A stretch of 56,581 nt of DNA from an uncultured Rubrivivax sp. (GTDB lineage: Bacteria > Pseudomonadota > Gammaproteobacteria > Burkholderiales > Burkholderiaceae_C): positions 1-56,581 of the forward strand of contig CAYUPF010000002.1 in the NCBI GenBank assembly GCA_964446545.1. The letters run 5' to 3'. The position numbers and the translations under genes were made by a program. Below the pieces are notes generated by a model, which saw only the letters and a list, made by a program, of their open reading frames with translations, had not been told where the DNA came from and made no database searches. Of the stretch, positions 54,964 through 56,581 are shown one piece after another (within the stretch, counting starts at the first letter, position 1; each line of letters begins with the position of its first letter).

Positions 54964-55401
54964 ATGGAGTCGAGCCGGTTCCGCGACCTGCAGCAGCGGC
55001 TGAGCGACGCCGGCATCGCGCCGACCTTGCAGCGCATGGCGGTGGCACGGGCGCTGCTCGCCGCGCCGGTGCACATGACGGCCGAGCAGGTGCTGGACGC
55101 GGCCCGCGACCACCACCTGGGGCTGTCGCGGGCCACGGTCTATGCGGCGCTGCAGCTGTTCGTGCGCCGTGGCCTGCTGCGCGAGCTGCCGGTGTGGGGT
55201 GCCGCGGTGGTCTACGACTCGAACACCGCCGCCCACCACCATCTGGTCGACATCGACACCGGCCAGGTGGCGGATCTGCCGCAGGAGCGCCTGCAGATCC
55301 AGGGGCTGGCCGATGCGGTGGCGGGCCTGCAACTGGCCGGCGTCGACGTGATCGTGCGTGTGCGGGGCTTGAAGGAACGCGCCAAAGCTCACGCCCGCTG
55401 A
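54964..55401 (+). CDS. Fur-family regulator (Irr/PerR-like)
   Basis: TLQR, HMTAEQV, SRATVY, YDSNTAAHHHLVD; no CxxC motifs. Confidence 0.88.
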   Translation: MESSRFRDLQQRLSDAGIAPTLQRMAVARALLAAPVHMTAEQVLDAARDHHLGLSRATVYAALQLFVRRGLLRELPVWGAAVVYDSNTAAHHHLVDIDTGQVADLPQERLQIQGLADAVAGLQLAGVDVIVRVRGLKERAKAHAR

Positions 55402-55428
55402 GCTTGTCGCTGCCGCAGAATCGGCGCG

Positions 55429-56121
55429 ATGAAAGTCTGGATCACGTTGCTGGGCCTGCTGCTGGCCGCGCTGGGTTGCCAGGCCGCCCCGCGGCTGGAA
55501 GGCAAGGTCACGCGCGTCACCGATGGCGACAGCCTGTGGCTGGAGCCGGCGGCGCCGGCCGCGCCGGTGGAGCTGCGGCTCCAAGGCATCGACGCGCCCG
55601 AGATCTGCCAGGCCTGGGGCGCCGAAGCGAAGCAGGCGCTGGCCGAACTGGTGCTGGGCCAGCAGGTCAGCGTCAAGACCGTCGGCCGCGACATGCATGG
55701 CCGCACGCTGGGCACGCTGTACCTGGGCACGCAGAACATCAACAAGCTGATGGTGCAGGAAGGCCACGCCTGGAGTTCGCGCTACAAGTACGACCGCGGC
55801 CCCTACGTCGCCGACGAGCGCATGGCCAGGGCGTTGAGCCGCGGCCTCAATCGCGGCGGCGGCGCGGTCATGCCGCGTGATTTCCGGCGGCTGAACGGTC
55901 CTTGCCATCAGGCCGCAGCCGTGGCGCCGGCGCCGAAGCTGGCGCCGGTGGCGGTGTCGCCCGCGCCGGCCGCCATCAGCGCCCGCTGCGACGGCCGCAA
56001 GCGCTGCTCGCAGATGCGCTCCTGCGAAGAGGCCACCTGGTTCCTGAAGAACTGCCCCGGCGTCGAGATGGACGGCGACGGCGACGGCGTGCCCTGCGAA
56101 CGCCAGTGGTGCCGGCCCTGA
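55429..56121 (+). CDS. Secreted thermonuclease (SNase) with a C-terminal Excalibur Ca-binding domain
   Basis: VTDGDS, LRLQGIDAPE, DMHGRTLG; CSQMRSCEEA...DGDGDGVPCE. Confidence 0.9.
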   Translation: MKVWITLLGLLLAALGCQAAPRLEGKVTRVTDGDSLWLEPAAPAAPVELRLQGIDAPEICQAWGAEAKQALAELVLGQQVSVKTVGRDMHGRTLGTLYLGTQNINKLMVQEGHAWSSRYKYDRGPYVADERMARALSRGLNRGGGAVMPRDFRRLNGPCHQAAAVAPAPKLAPVAVSPAPAAISARCDGRKRCSQMRSCEEATWFLKNCPGVEMDGDGDGVPCERQWCRP

Positions 56122-56178
56122 CTCAGCACGCCTAGGCGCTTTGGCGGCAACATCGGGTCTCGTCTTCGGGACCCTGCC

Positions 56179-56581
56179 GTGACCCCATCTGTGGACTTCA
56201 CACCGCCGCTGCAACCAGGCCCGCTGCGCGAGGCCATCACCGCGCTGACGCGCCGGCCCGAGCCCGAGTTGCTGCCGGGCCTGCTGCAGGAAGCACAGCT
56301 GAATCCCGCGCAGGCCGAGTCGGCCCAGGCGCTGGCCATGAAGCTTGCGCGCGGCTTGCGCGAGCGCAAGCTGGCCTTCAGCCGCGCTGGGTTGGTGCAA
56401 GGGCTGTTGCAGGAGTTCGCGCTCAGCTCGCAGGAGGGCGTGGCGCTGATGTGCCTGGCCGAGGCGCTGCTGCGCGTGCCCGACGCGGCGACGCGCGACG
56501 CGCTGATCCGCGACAAGGTGGCGCGCGGCGACTGGCGCGCGCACCTGGGCGCGAGCCCGTCGCTGTTCGTCAATGCCGCCG
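56179..56581 (+). CDS. putA: PutA proline dehydrogenase/P5C dehydrogenase, 5' part (runs off the window)
   Basis: Manual translation gives LREAITALTRRPE...GLVQGLLQEFALSSQEGVALMCLAEALLRVPDAATRDALIRDK...SPSLFVNAA. The GTG start is uncertain. Confidence 0.92.
   Translation, partial: MTPSVDFTPPLQPGPLREAITALTRRPEPELLPGLLQEAQLNPAQAESAQALAMKLARGLRERKLAFSRAGLVQGLLQEFALSSQEGVALMCLAEALLRVPDAATRDALIRDKVARGDWRAHLGASPSLFVNAA

Overview
GC-rich chromosomal window that looks like a Burkholderiales betaproteobacterium (Rubrivivax/Methylibium-like gene content; this assignment is inference). It is mostly housekeeping and catabolic genes: argJ (3' part), ugpBAECQ, a large FAD/Fe-S oxidoreductase, DUF971, ubiE, an EpsD-type PPIase with nucleotide-sugar genes, a lower-GC lipoprotein, a hemerythrin, a NitT/TauT ABC transporter, a frameshifted O-methyltransferase, SIP/MarR, a five-step hut cluster with an embedded PhyH dioxygenase, nfeD/SPFH, nudB-EEP-clsB, galE-manC-rfbB-ugd, ubiJ-ubiB, fmdB-DUF502-aspS, an asparaginase, DUF429, a patatin-POTRA-barrel protein, ccp-Fur, a nuclease and putA (5' part). 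I saw no tRNA, rRNA, CRISPR array, transposase or integrase. The main unexplained signal is a set of small GC-rich palindromic elements, which I label families A, B and C. Every A, B and C copy I found lies in an open frame. Some are in-frame inserts in enzymes (HutH twice, both ends of HutU, the FAD oxidoreductase, an ABC permease). Others are mini-ORFs that start in the upstream gene's stop codon and stop at the downstream start codon (ugpA-E, ugpE-C, ugpC-Q, hutG-F), which would preserve translational coupling. All calls come from reading motifs by eye; no database searches were run.
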